A stretch of 63,380 nucleotides of DNA, filler included, from Octopus bimaculoides (Eukaryota), in NCBI RefSeq assembly GCF_001194135.2. It is 6 parts of 6 records of this genome, joined end to end, with 100 filler letters (N's around TTAATTAATTAA, not from the genome) between each part and the next. Parts side by side here need not be neighbours in the genome. Positions count along the whole stretch, not along the records: positions 1 to 21,576 come from NC_068997.1; positions 21,677 to 29,662 come from NC_068981.1; 4 more parts are not named here. One strand, 5' to 3'. The position numbers and the translations under genes are program-made. Shown here one piece after another: positions 14,137 to 27,574 of this stretch. Position 1 is the first letter of the stretch. Each line of letters begins with the position of its first letter. Below the pieces are notes generated by a model. That model made no database searches. It worked only from the letters and a program-made list of their open reading frames with translations, and was not told the DNA's origin.

Positions 14137-14818
14137 ATGTGTGTGTAAGTATACAGATATGCATGAGTATAAAAGAATAATTTATGTATTTAGGTGTATA
14201 GTTATATTCAAACGCAAACTGACACTCACACATACACACGTACACACATATAACACACACAGACACAACATTTGAGAACCAAAAAACGTAGAGTGGGACT
14301 TCATGAAACAAAGAAATATAGAACAAAAAACAACAACAAGAATAGACCAAATCCAAACTGAATTACAAAACATTAGGATAATAAATAGGAAGAGTAAAAT
14401 CCTGCAAAAGCAGCGCACGAAAGAATAGATTCAAACAACGAAAGGAAAACAACGGCGAACAGAGTTATGGCTCTTCAGATAACGCTTTATTTTGCAATCT
14501 CTGCCAGAGTTTTCTCTCTTATGTTTTATCTTCTTATCTTCTTTCACATTAGTGGATACTAACGATAAACGATTTCTGCTATTATTTGCTATGGAACCCA
14601 AACAATACTATTTGCTGTGTGTGCTAGAATCAAAATGGCCGAACGTTAAACTTATTGAACAACCAACTTAACGGCACAGAACTTCATAATCTACCAGACG
14701 GACATTTTCGGTTTATTTATGTTCTGTCTTCTACTTGTTACGGTTATTGGACTGCGGCCACGTAGGAGCACCGCCTTGAAGGGTCTTGTCGAACAATTCA
14801 AACACAAATTTACTCACA

Positions 14819-14819
14819 C

Positions 14820-14881
<62 letters not shown>
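14819..14881. repeat. (TATC)n microsatellite directly upstream of a 5'-truncated LINE
   Basis: Direct reading. Confidence 0.95.
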
Positions 14882-14882
<1 letters not shown>

Positions 14883-15820
14883 CGATGGTCAGGCGATCCG
14901 TTTTCTGCCAACACCCGTTAAAAGGAGAGCTGGGCATGCCGTGGTTGGCGATGCGCAGACATGCGCTGAGACTGCGNNNNNNNNNNNNNNNNNNNNNNNN
15001 NNNNNNNNNNNNNNNNNNNNNNNNNNNNNNNNNNNNNNNNNNNNNNNNNNNNNNNNNNNNNNNNNNNNNNNNNNNNNNNNNNNNNNNNNNNNNNNNNNNN
15101 NNNNNNNNNNNNNNNNNNNNNNNNNNNNNNNNNNNNNNNNNNNNNNNNNNNNNNNNNNNNNNNNNNNNNNNNNNNNNNNNNNNNNNNNNNNNNNNNNNNN
15201 NNNNNNNNNNNNNNNNNNNNNNNNNNNNNNNNNNNNNNNNNNNNNNNNNNNNNNNNNNNNNNNNNNNNNNNNNNNNNNNNNNNNNNNNNNNNNNNNNNNN
15301 NNNNNNNNNNNNNNNNNNNNNNNNNNNNNNNNNNNNNNNNNNNNNNNNNNNNNNNNNNNNNNNNNNNNNNNNNNNNNNNNNNNNNNNNNNNNNNNNNNNN
15401 NNNNNNNNNNNNNNNNNNATCGAGAAGCGCTACCCGTTCGGGATAAGCTCTACAGGCATAGCTCGAGAAACACGGGGCTGACCTGCCAGAGATGCGGTCA
15501 GAGCGACGAAACCGTCCTGCACGCACTCGTACAATGTCCAACCATTTTCGACCTGTAGGCCTATGTCGAACGACTGCTATTGTGTGTGGGACGAGTCACT
15601 TTATCAACCGAGTCTATCGTGAATATTGTCGCGCCTCCTTCTTTGAAACGGGAAGGAAGAGCCATTTTCGTCGTACTTGTGGCTATGGCAAAAGAATGTG
15701 TATGGTGGACGCGTCTGAAAGGTCTAGAGACAAACACTTTCCTCTCTGTTCAATCTCTCATCAAATTCTTCAAGTATCACTTGAGGAGGAAGGTGAGAGT
15801 AGAGGGAAGTTTTATATATT
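14882..15820 (+). mobile_element. Tx1/L1-like LINE ORF2 3' fragment with CCHC knuckle (gap inside, premature stop)
   Basis: HPLKGELGMPWLAMRRHALRL; REALPVRDKL...CQRCGQSDETVLHALVQC...AMAKECVWWTRLKG, typical of the L1/Tx1 post-RT region. Confidence 0.8.
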
Positions 15821-15926
15821 TCTTTTCCAACTCAAATACTCGGATGTAAGTGTAGGAGCAGTTCAGCCTACGTTTCCGTTGAGTAAGACTCAACCAAAAC
15901 ACAGTTCAGGACGTACAACAAATAAT

Positions 15927-16053
15927 TCAAGGCCTGAAGTTGTGGGGGAGGGGGCTAGTCAATTACATCGACCCCAGTGTGTAATTTATCGACCCCCAAA
16001 GGATGAAAGGTAAAGTCGACCTCGGCGAAATTTGAACTCAGAATGTAGCGACG
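15927..16053 (-). mobile_element. 5'-truncated SINE family A with 18-bp TSD
   Basis: Flanked by identical ggacgtacaacaaataat at 15909-15926 and 16054-16071. Confidence 0.85.
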
Positions 16054-16493
16054 GGACGTACAACAAATAATGTCTTGGTTTAGGTCTTGGAGCAAAGAGA
16101 TACTGTCTACTTTTAGACAGTTCTTTCAGTTAATTATTTTCCCCGAGGAAATTTGGTCAAGTCTAAAAAAAAAAGAATTACCTAGTTTTGGTGTGGGTGG
16201 GTGGCTATTTTGTAGATGTTTTCGGCATAATGTTTCGACAATTGTTTGTTCATCCGGTATTGATAAAGACTGGTTCTCTTCCCCCCCCCAACTCTAAAGA
16301 GAAATTAGAGCCTAAACAGACTTCATTATATAATGCCAGATGTTATATTTTTTTGAACAAGAGTAAAAACGATATCTCACATAGTAAAATATATCAGCTT
16401 CATGGGGCGGGGGCGGGGTGGAAATGAGATTGAGTGCCATTCATACATTTCTTTCAAGCAGTACGGTTACAGCATAAATGAACTGCATGACTT

Positions 16494-16615
16494 AAGTATT
16501 CTTATGACGTATTCAAGTATTCTTATGACGTATTCAAGTATTCTTATGACGTATTCAAGTATTCTTATGACGTATTCAAGTATTCTTATGACGTATTCAA
16601 GTATTCTTATGACGT
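16494..16615. repeat. 21-bp tandem repeat, ~5.8 perfect copies (aagtattcttatgacgtattc)
   Basis: Direct reading. Confidence 0.95.
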
Positions 16616-16644
16616 TCACGCATCAAAGATGTTAGTGAGTTCGA

Positions 16645-16905
16645 CAAAGCAATTTTAACGAGGGAATTTCTGAGAAGCGATAACATTGTCGAGGCAATTT
16701 TGAGAAGTAGTTTTGGTGTGGTAATCTTGAAAAACAGTTTTGACCAGACAGTTTTAAAGGCAAATTAATGAGGCAGTTTTGAGAAGCAATATTGACTAAG
16801 CAATTTTGAAAAGCAAAGATTTGATGAGACAATTTTAAGAAGCAATTTTGACGAGGCAACTTCAGAAGTAGTTTTTAATGAAACAGTTTTAACGAAGCAT
16901 TTTAA
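16645..16905. repeat. Degenerate 13/14-bp minisatellite (gcaattttgagaa / gcaattttgacgag)
   Basis: Recurrent gcaatttt/gcagtttt units at ~13-14 bp spacing. Confidence 0.75.
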
Positions 16906-17345
16906 CGGAGTGTTAACAATGTGGTGAAACGAACGTAAAACTACAAAAAAAAAAGTATCAAATATAAACGAAAAGAAAGACCTAAAAAATAACAATAAAC
17001 CAACAAAATTAGATATGAAATTATATTAAAAAAAATGAAATAATTAAAATAAGAAATCGATTGTGTTAAAAGGTATCGATTAGGAATGTGTGAAATGATT
17101 TCAAACCATTTGGGAATAGTATTTTTGTTTGAGTGTAGTGTGTGTGTGTGTGCGTGAGGTGCATGAGTATGTAACTGTACGCCTGTGTGTGTATATATAC
17201 GTGTGAGTATGTGCGCACATGTGTGAATATATGATAGATTATTAATGTATTGTTTTACCTTTCACGTGCTTGTGAATGGTTATCCAACCTACCTAGTAAT
17301 GTGCCTTTCTGTTCGTTACGCGTGGGTGTGTATATACATGTCTGC

Positions 17346-17377
<32 letters not shown>

Positions 17378-17994
17378 GTCTGTATATAAATACACACGGA
17401 CATACACATGAACCGCACTTAATAAATTCTAATTCATCTAAAAAAGGCATTTATTGACTAAGAGTGCTCAATAAGTAATTGAGTCAAGGCACAGATGTCT
17501 GTGCGAATAAAAGAAGTGCAAATAGGGAATTTCGAATAGATCATACAAAGAAACTGTGGATATATATCTACCTCGGGGTATCTTTTGAGTCATGATGTTT
17601 CGACAACTGTTTCTTCAGCCGGTCTTATTAAAAGCAGCTTCTCGTTTTTCCCCGCATCCTAACTAGTGTCCAGTCACCACTTGTTAAGATATAAAGCGCA
17701 CTGGGCTGACAAAGAGAATAAAGCTGCATTTCTATATAATCGAAGTAATTCCGTGTAGCGAAGAAGTGAAGATTACTTCCAGTATTCTTTCCTGCGAAAT
17801 ATATTAATTAGAAAGTTTAAAATATTCAGAAGCTAATTAATATGATAACCAGACAGACACGAATCATACTTAATCAGCTTAATTTTGTATTATACAGACA
17901 AAAAAAAAAGTGTAATATTTCGAACGCTGTATAACCCTGAGAAGAGCAGAAAGATTGGATATTTTATTCTAAATAAGCGGAAGAAGTTGTCAGG

Positions 17995-18068
17995 AGACAG
18001 CCACTAGATTCGAACCTGCACCCCTCAAACAGAAGCTGGTTACTCTACCATTATCATAAACTGTCCAC
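17995..18068 (-). mobile_element. tRNA-like SINE head remnant
   Basis: Minus strand has an A-box-like ataatggtagag and B-box ggttcgaatct. Confidence 0.4.
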
Positions 18069-18089
18069 TGACAGCAAACTGCGTTAAAC

Positions 18090-18255
18090 TAAAAGCTAAA
18101 TATCATAAAAGCTAATTATCTGATGTAGCTATTGGCCAACTCTGTCATGTCTTAATCTGTACTCTACAGGTGCTAAAACCTTACATCCAGAGATTAGGCG
18201 GTTGACTGTTTGTATTCCATCGTTGCGGTATCGGCACTTTGGGTCTACACCATTT
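18090..18255 (-). mobile_element. RLE-type (R4/Dong-like) LINE fragment, decayed zinc knuckle
   Basis: DPKCRYRNDGIQTVNRLISGCKVLAPVEYRLRHDRVGQ resembles KCR.C....ET..H..SGC..LA..EY..RHD. Confidence 0.75.
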
Positions 18256-18268
18256 ATTATTATCCTTA

Positions 18269-18311
<43 letters not shown>

Positions 18312-19204
18312 CATTATTATTACTATTATTATTATTGCCTTTGCACAGCTTCTAACGCTGGAGATGTACTACAGTGTCAGCTGTTCACAACCAGTGAAAT
18401 AAGGTGACACCTCTTATTTTTCGTGCACCTTCCGGGGTATTTGAGCGGTTCCAATCAGTACTGTTTTCTGCAAGTTCTCCACCCTTATTGCAGCCCCTGT
18501 TTGTTCCACGTACTTCTCAAGATTTTTACTCACTGTTCCCAGGGTTCCGACTATTATTGCTACTATTACCACCTTTTTCAACGACCACAACAATAACCCT
18601 CATTACTAATAATATCAGTGATTATTATTATTATTATTATTATTGTCAGCCACTGGACGTAGCAAGCATTGTTTACAAGTTGGTTTCAAAAGCAGAGGAT
18701 TTTTACTTGATGAAATCGTATTTTGCTGAAAGTAGCTGCAATCAAATAACTCTAAATTTCGGTGTTTCCTTCTACAATGGTTGACATGACAAAAAGGTTT
18801 TGTGCTTTTATTTTCCTTCACATTACCAACACACAAAAATGGCAACGAATATTTCATGCGATGCCTACAGAAAAAAAAAAAANNNNNNNNNNAAAAAAAA
18901 AGAAGAGAATAATATTTTAATTGCTCTGCAAAATATTAATGGTGACTAAGAACTAAAAGAAAATGCTAATATTTTACATCCAGTTTTGAATATTTCGAGC
19001 GGAAATGTTGTCAACAACAACGACATAACCTTTCTCACGACATCCCCCACCACTAGCAAACAGCAGCGGCAGTAGCAGCAGCAGCAGCAGCAGCAGCAAC
19101 TAGTACTACTACTACTACTTTTGACAAAAAATAATAATAGCAAATGCTATATTACACATTAGGTTCTTTTCAACAACAACAAACAAATACCCGACTAAAT
19201 ATGA

Positions 19205-20150
19205 AACGTTTTGTTTGAAGAACTAAAGCTTGGCTGCGTTTTGTCCGGGTGCCAGCCCGTCACACTTCATTATGGAGGCGAGCGAGAGGAGGGAAGTAAC
19301 ATCCCTGTGTTTTGCTAAGGCCTCGGAGGCTTTCCTTGTTTCATCCAAGCAGAAGTTGGAGATAGTCCTGGCAGACACTTTGACATCTTTATAGGAAGAG
19401 GGTTGGAATATGGCGCTGTATGCGTCATCTTTAAAACAGAAGATTGGGCTACATCTTGTCCATAACCTTGTCCCGCAGTATTTAGGAAGGAGGAACGCAG
19501 GGGTCACTCTCCTGATGTATGATTGAACAATGCCAAATGCTTCTAGAATTGTCGTATAAATCGGTGTTGTGCCACCATATTGACACAAAGCGTTTTTATC
19601 TCATTACTTGATGCGGTTCGATTGACATAATTTCTGTTCCATAAAAAAAATACGAGATGCTGCAGGCTCCATCGAAAGGATATTTATCTTCTTTTGTTCA
19701 TAATCGTTGTAAACAGTTTAATGTTTGAAGCACGGGAGTAGCTTCTTTTCACTGTTTGGATGTTAAAGATTTTATTATGACGATGCTGTACCAGGAAATG
19801 TCTGTGTAGAAGGACAGGAATATTCTACCCACCTTGGTCTTAACGTTTAAGGAACCCAAAAACATTTACGGGCCAAGAATAAACTTAGAAGATGAAAATT
19901 AAAGACCCTACGACTCACAATTGAGACACAGTTTCTGAAAGTATTAGGAGAGTGGAAAGAGAGGCTATTGACGTGTATTGATTGCTCAGTGGGTTTGCAG
20001 AAAATCTTATAGCTGCGTGTTTGGAGTCACCTAATCTGTTATGGTCCATGATTAGAATTTTACGGAATGTATCACAATGGGGTGATGCCACTAAGATATC
20101 ATTTTGGGATAAGTCGATTTGAGGCTAGGGAATTCGTGCTGAAGATCTAA
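19205..20150 (-). mobile_element. Penelope-like retroelement fragment (RT C-terminus, linker, GIY-YIG region), decayed
   Basis: KPTEQSIHVNSLSFHSP, NVKTKVGRIFL, NKIFNIQTVKRSYS and downstream motifs parallel the PLE pattern KPN..PLYVH..SNHPP / NVKTNIG..FL / HKIFNRNTVK.SYS. Confidence 0.75.
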
Positions 20151-20262
20151 TGTAAAAAAAATCGACTAGTCTTTTGCGTACATACGCACAAACACACACA
20201 CATATCTATACACATACACTCAGAGATATATAATATATGAAATATATATATTTATACATGCA

Positions 20263-20309
<47 letters not shown>

Positions 20310-20518
20310 NNNNNNNNNNNNNNNNNNNNNNNNNNNNNNNNNNNNNNNNNNNNNNNNNNNNNNNNNNNNNNNNNNNNNNNNNNNNNNNNNNNNNNNNNNN
20401 NNNNNNNNNNNNNNNNNNNNNNNNNNNNNNNNNNNNNNNNNNNNNNNNNNNNNNNNNNNNNNNNNNNNNNNNNNNNNNNNNNNNNNNNNNNNNNNNNNNN
20501 NNNNNNNNNNNNNNNNNN

Positions 20519-20576
<58 letters not shown>

Positions 20577-21576
20577 CATATTTCTGTGTGAGTTAGAGGT
20601 TGGGAAACCAACCAACTAAGGAATAGTACACACGCACACACACACCAGTGCAGTCTCCGCAGAAAGGTTCGTTTTCCCTTCCTTTCTACAATCGTATTAT
20701 TCCTTTTTTCTTTCAATTTTCCTTCATTCTGTCTTTTTTCACCAATTTAAAAAATTTTTTAAAACCCACTCGTTCTTATTCCAACTCATTTATGTATATA
20801 TGTGTCTATATTTGTATATATGAATGTATTTATGAATATCTATGTACATGTAAGTATATATAAGTATGCATGTTCGTATATACTATATAAATACATATAT
20901 GTGTGTGTATGCGCGTGTATATGTATATATACATATGCAGATTTATATGTAAATCTACAATATATATATATATATATATATGCGTGCGTGTGTGTGTGTG
21001 TGTGTATGTGCGTGCGCATCTTTGTATGTGAGTTCATGTGTGCATATGCATGTGTATGTGTGTATGTGTGTGTGTGTGTGTGTGTGCGTGCGTGTGTATG
21101 TGTATACACATAATAACTAGGAACAGCTTTTCATTTTTAGTGTACAACTAAAAATAATTTTAAAAGATTTTCTTTTAGAACGACGCTTTGATGTTTTATA
21201 ACTTGAAGTGGTTCATTTTCAAAATTTACTAAAATATATTTTCAGATTGTTTTATCGCTATGATGTATTTGTGTTTTATTATTCTATAAGGTGTGAAATG
21301 ATTTATTACGATGTGTTCTGGTTGCAACTTGATGTGGAACTGTTTTATTGTAGATGTAGCGATTAGTTTGTGGTGTTTTTCAAAAATGATTTGCCGGTTT
21401 TATAGTTTTTCGTCTTTTCTTTCGTTCTTCAGTTGATGTGGTTTAATATAACAAAAGAAAATCTACCTTGTCATTACCCTTGTTAGTCTTGTAAATCATA
21501 TTTTGATAATTTCGCGACTCTTTTCTTGTTTCTTGGCCGCCGCTCATGTGAACTATGTATATATGTACACGCACAG

Positions 21577-21676
21577 NNNNNNNNNNNNNNNNNNNNNNNN
21601 NNNNNNNNNNNNNNNNNNNNTTAATTAATTAANNNNNNNNNNNNNNNNNNNNNNNNNNNNNNNNNNNNNNNNNNNN
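21577..21676. other. 100-bp assembly join with six-frame-stop linker TTAATTAATTAA (21621-21632)
   Basis: N44 + linker + N44; same structure at 29663-29762, 35362-35461, 56361-56460 and 59890-59989. Confidence 0.9.
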
Positions 21677-21699
21677 GAAAAAAAAAAAAAAAAAGAAAA

Positions 21700-22366
21700 T
21701 GAAGTTTGCCGCAGCATCGGGGGAAAAGTCGAAGAAGATTAATATGGAAAATCTACAAAGACACAAAGAAATGTCGGCCAGGGAGGGAAGTGAAACAAGG
21801 CTAATACCTCCAAAGGAATTACAAGTAAACGTGAAAAAAGGACGATCGTATATAAAACATACAAAATAAAAGAAAAGAAAATTGATTATGTCGTCGAAAA
21901 TGAAATCGTGATATGTCTAAAAACCATCTGGCATAATATACGATATATCACCAGAGGCAAAAAGTACACGACAGTAGCAGTTAGGTTGGAGTCAGAGGAG
22001 GAAGCAAGATACTATTCCATAAGTCCATTGAAAACGGAAGAGATCGTTCTTCTGCCAATATATATGGGTAGGAGGACGTCTAGAATTAACATAAGAGGAA
22101 TACCTCCTGAGGTGGACCCAGAGTGGATGGTTACGGCGGTGATAGACGGACTAGAAGAAAAAATTAGTATCTTAGAAGCGGAAGTATTAGAACCATGCAA
22201 CTGGCACGACCAGGACATTAAAATGATTATTCAAGCTGAACAAACCACACTGGAAGAAATAACAGAAACCATCGTGGTTCGTGAGACCCGAATGGTTGTA
22301 ATGGTGGAAGGGCGTCAGCCGCGATGCTCCCAGGGTGGCAGAAAAGGCCAATTCATGATTATATAA
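21700..22366 (+). mobile_element. LINE ORF1-like (gag-like) fragment, probably Tx1/L1-like
   Basis: ORF 21908-22366: ...MGRRTSRINIRGIPPEV...MVVMVEGRQPRCSQGGRKG; ends in a decayed CX2CX4H-like knuckle; similarity to ORF1 is from recall. Confidence 0.55.
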
Positions 22367-22454
22367 ATTTTTATTCTCATTTCATGTTATACGACCCCCA
22401 GATCATATTGTGCTGTCCCCTCTATGTTCATCCTTGGTGGACAATAATAAAATC

Positions 22455-23638
22455 ATTCATAATTTGGACGCATCAGATATGACCCGATTGTCAGCAGCGC
22501 AGAGAAAACAAGCTATCGGCCGATTGCAAGCAGGGTAGCACCATCTATCGCTTGCAACAGCGATACAACAACACCAACAGCACTACAGACCGTGCCCGCA
22601 GAAGACGCCCCCTGGTGATCACGCCCAGGCAGGACCGCTTCATCCACCTGCCACACCTCGGTGATCACTTCAGACCAGCCAGCGTGACAGCTCGCGAGAC
22701 CATTGGCATTGGACAGCGAATCATCAAAGACGACACTGTTCGACGTCGACTGGCCACCAACAACCTGCGTTGCCGTCGTTCTGCTTGAATGCTTGTCGCC
22801 AAAACCCGCCACCGTCAGGCACGACTACAATGGGCTACACAGCACCGACATTGTTGGCACCAACGATGGAGGTCGATAGTCATCTCTGACGAGAGTCGGT
22901 ACTGCATTTCCACCTCGGATAGCAGTGAGGGTGTAGCGTAGGAGAGGTGAACGTTACAGAGACGTATGTGTCATGGAGAGAGACGCGTGAGGTGGCGAAA
23001 GTATCATGATTTGGGGTACTATAGGCGTAAATCAGAGATTTGGGTCCCATGCGTTCCAAAATGTTGTTGCATGCAAATGGAATGGTAGCACAGTGCAGCA
23101 CTATGTTGACCAGATCCTAAAATCTTACATCGTACCATTCTTCGCACGTCATCATAGCCACGTGTTCCAGCAGGACAATGCACCCTCTCACACGGCCAGA
23201 GCTACCATGAGCTTCCTTCATCAGCAGAACATCAGAGCTATGCCGCGATCGGCTCTCACCTCTGGGGTGAAATCTAGAGACGGCTGAACCAGGTGGTCCC
23301 AAGGCCGACAAGTCGTGTGGAACTGGAGACAGCTTTCCTCAGAGTGTGGGCACAAGTGCCAATGGCTTTTGTGAACCACCTCATGCAATTCATGCACCGA
23401 CGGTGGATGGCCGTGGTTTACACCCAGGGAAGGCATACACGATATGTTACCTTCTACAATCTCGATGTGCTGGATCCGAAGACTACCAGAACACATGACA
23501 ACGACACATGACAACGACCCCAAGACTGTGGATAAAATGCATCCAATAAATTGACTTTATCACATTTATCTCTGGCATAATGGAATTAAAACATATTTCA
23601 CAGTCACACCCGTCTCGCGTTTCTTTTGTGGTTCGGTG
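22455..23638 (+). mobile_element. Tc1-like transposon, pseudogenised transposase
   Basis: MTRLSAAQRKQAIGRLQAG start (22479), HTH GRP-like motif, IISDES, MIWG, FQQDNAPSHTAR; 3' TIR-like cgcgtttcttttgtggttcggtg followed by TA. Confidence 0.9.
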
Positions 23639-25343
23639 TATATTGAAAAATGTTTTCAAGACTGTATTGAGCCTTTATTTGCTTTCATGACAGACAGGTT
23701 TTGAAGTAATAAAAATATTCAAACTATAAAAATTGTGCGGGGAGGTGAGATATTTAGCACACACCATATAGAGGTAAACAGGCAGAACATGGAGAAAGAG
23801 AGAGATAAAGAGAGGAGGGGAAAAGAAAGAAAGTAAAAGTGAGAGAACTAAAATGAGGGTATTTCTGAGAAAGTGGTTGTATTATGTTGCTTCATGCTGG
23901 AAGAAAAATAGAAGTAGCTATAATATACTGTTAAATAACCCAGGAGACTAGAAAATCTTTATGGAACTCAAAAGCTGCTGTGAATATTGTGATAAAAGAA
24001 ATAGGGCGGTAATGATATTTGCCTGAAAATCATCCAATATTTTGTAAATGATATTGTAATATTTTCGTAAATATATTATATTATTTTAAAAAATAATTAT
24101 TATTATCCTTAAGACATTTAATGACCCAGAAAAATGTGTTTCTAAAATACATGCAGGTTAACAATTCATTGTTGGACTACGTTTCATGAAGTAGGAGGTG
24201 TTAAGATTAGATTAACAAGTACATCGATGTTGTTTATATTTTATTGAACCAGAACAAGGTTGGTACTGAGGTTCAACTTTATTATATCATTATAATAGCA
24301 TAACAAATCACATTGAATGACAACCAGTAATTTCGTAACTGCACATACCACACCTACGTTTGAATACACAATCTCCCCCCNNNNNNNNNNNNNNNNNNNN
24401 NNNNNNNNNNNNNNNNNNNNNNNNNNNNNNNNNNNNNNNNNNNNNNNNNNNNNNNNNNNNNNNNNNNNNNNNNNNNNNNNNNNNNNNNNNNNNNNNNNNN
24501 NNNNNNNNNNNNNNNNNNNNNNNNNNNNNNNNNNNNNNNNNNNNNNNNNNNNNNNNNNNNNNNNNNNNNNNNNNNNNNNNNNNNNNNNNNNNNNNNNNNN
24601 NNNNNNNNNNNNNNNNNNNNNNNNNNNNNNNNNNNNNNNNNNNNNNNNNNNNNNNNNNNNNNNNNNNNNNNNNNNNNNNNNNNNNNNNNNNNNNNNNNNN
24701 NNNNNNNNNNNNNNNNNNNNNNNNNNNNNNNNNNNNNNNNNNNNNNNNNNNNNNNNNNNNNNNNNNNNNNNNNNNNNNNNNNNNNNNNNNNNNNNNNNNN
24801 NNNNNNNNNNNNNNNNNNNNNNNNNNNNNNNNNNNNNNNNNNNNNNNNNNNNNNNNNNNNNNNNNNNNNNNNNNNNNNNNNNNNNNNNNNNNNNNNNNNN
24901 NNNNNNNNNNNNNNNNNNNNNNNNNNNNNNNNNNNNNNNNNNNNNNNNNNNNNNNNNNNNNNNNNNNNNNNNNNNNNNNNNNNNNNNNNNNNNNNNNNNN
25001 TGTGTGTGTGTGTGTGTGTGTGTGTCTGTGTGTGTGTGTAAGACAAGGCGTAAATAACGGTCATTACACATTTTTTATAATCGTAAATTCGACTTACAGC
25101 CGCCTCAAGTAGTGATTTATTTACTGTTCGTTATTTAAAACTTTACTCAATCGGCTCATTGATCCGTTGAGAAAAATTGAACGATCTTAAAAATTACTAC
25201 TGCTTTCTTCGGAATCATTTCTGGCTTATAACCAAGCAAAACACTGAAGGAATGGTACAGGCATGAGGCATTGTTTGTTATGGATTTTAATATTTTGTTC
25301 ATATGCATTTAATCATAACTTATATTCCAATAATTATTCGTAC

Positions 25344-26598
25344 TATTGGGTTGAGGAATAATTCATGGGCATTTATTTTCAAATTGCAAAATGCACGCAG
25401 AAATAAAATTCGTTGGCAAAATGTTTTATACTTTTTAAAAGAGAATTTATTGCTCTACGAGATAGTGAGTTTTGATTTCTTTAATTTTGTTGATTTTTGT
25501 GTATTTTCAGATCATTAAATTAGAATGTCAAGTGAACAAAACTGAGCATTTTCGATACCATTTGCTTTTTGCATTTAATCGAGGTGTTAAAGCCACAGAA
25601 ACTGCTCATGAGATTTGAACTGTCTATGGAGAAGGAGCAATGCTTCAATATACCGTCCGCCTTTGTTTTTCGCGCTTCAAAAATGGGAGTTTGGGCCTCA
25701 AAGACGTATCACACGCCAGTCAACCAACTGAGTTCAATGAAGTGCGATTGAATCAACTTCTTCACGAAAATGCATGTAAAACGACTGGAGAATTGGCGGT
25801 GTAGATGGATTGAGATAAAAAAGACTATGATGAACCACTTTCACTCAATCGGCAAGGTTCAGGAACTTGGCGCTTGGATGCCTCACACTTTGAGCGAAAA
25901 CAACAACAATCAACGCTCCACAATCACCACCAGTTTGCTCGCCCGACATCGCTCAACACATCGTCACAAACAACGTTTTCTTTACCGCGTTGTCACCGGC
26001 GTCGAAAAATGGTGCATTTACGTCAATATGAAGCAGCGAAAAGAATGGCTCAGACCCGACAAAAAAGCAACTCCGAGAGCTAAGCAAGACCTTCACCCTC
26101 TAAAGAGTATATTTTGTGTATGATGGGTCTGGGAAGGAGGCAAAATTCATTACGAACTGCTTGGGCGCAACCAAACACTCAATGCAGATCTCTACATTCT
26201 ACAACTGCACCGGCTCAACAAAGTAATTCATCAAAAAAGACCGAATATGCGTTCTTCTGCAAGACGACAACGCCTGTCAACACATCGCCAATATGATCAA
26301 ACCCGTGTATCAAGAACTCAAATGGGAAGCGCTGCCCAATCCTCTCCAGATTTAGCGCTGTCAGATTTTCACCTCTTTCGACCGCTTTCGAACGCTTTGC
26401 TCAGAGTATCATTCAGTAATGACGTGGAATTGAGGTCTTAGTTGGACGAATTGTTTTAGTCGAGACCGGGAAATTTCTAACGCCGATGCATCGAAGACGG
26501 AAACAATAATGGTGAGTATATCATTGATTCATTTATTGAAAATGTTTTGTTTAGAATAAATTTGAAAAAATGCTCATGAATTATTCCTCAACACAATA
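25344..26598 (+). mobile_element. Near full-length mariner element with TIRs, pseudogenised transposase (~25525-26530)
   Basis: TIRs tattgggttgaggaataattcatgggcattt / aaatgctcatgaattattcctcaacacaata then TA; motifs GAWMPHTL, VTGVEKW, DLHPLK, SPDLALSDFHLFR, NNGEYIID with frameshifts and stops. Confidence 0.93.
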
Positions 26599-26639
26599 TA
26601 TTTACTCTGATGCCTCACATCCTGGATGATTCATTTTGA

Positions 26640-26990
26640 AGACACTTGTACTGCTGTTGAGAAGTATGCACTACTTATTCTCATTCCTTGATAACGGTGT
26701 CAGACTTGTTATTTTTCCAATCTTTCTTTTACAATGGATGATTACATCTCAGGGAATAGTAGAGTTATTTTCAGTGACCATGTTTTACTGATGATAGTGC
26801 CATTTCTCAGTCATTTTCATCTTATACTTAGTACATAATTTCTAGTACAGAAATGCCACCACTTTGATGTGTCTGTGAATGTACTTGGCTTTCGCCACTT
26901 CCATGCATCCAGTGGCAATACGCATAACGATTTCTTCGTATTTCCACAAATTCTACCCCATGACCTGTTCCATAGTTGATGACGCAAGTG
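26640..26990 (-). mobile_element. RLE-type (R4/Dong-like) LINE endonuclease-region fragment
   Basis: IATGCMEVAKAKYIHRHIKV...TEKWHYHQ..VTENNSTI..DVIIH...NKSDTVIKE parallels SGC..LA..EYIHRHN...EKWY.H.P..V.EN....ILWD..I.TD....NRPD. Confidence 0.7.
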
Positions 26991-27574
26991 ATGAAGAGTG
27001 AATAACATGTTGCAACGAAGAGTGAAAAGTAGACGACTTCTATATGCATTCAGTTGACAGAATGTTAATAAAGTGTTTGACAGCACTCGTTAATTTGCAC
27101 AAAGAAGCTGAACACCAGTAAATTAGAATAATCTACCCGACTAAAAAAGCAAAACTAAAACAAAGATAATATTTTAATGAGAACCTTTTTTGTACCAATC
27201 TCAGCTCGAAGAGTGGTAGCAGAGGGATAGAGATATGATGTCAACTAGACTAGTAAGTCCTCTCTGATACCGGTGTGCAAGGGGAATCTAAAATGTTTTC
27301 CATAATTTTAGGATTATCATTATATATTATTTCATATCAGTGTGGTTTCAAATAATTTCATGATTGTTCCATGTCGTTTGCAAAATTTTAAACCCAACCA
27401 TTGTATAATGTCCTCACCCGTCCACTGATGTTTACAAAAATTTGTAGAACCACTAGTATTGTAAACCCCCACCTTTGTAATGCTTATTGCATGTACGTAC
27501 GAGCCTTTTGTGTTTTATAAACATCATCATCACCACTGTTGTTGTTGAAGCTTTTACAACTCTTGTTGCCATTC

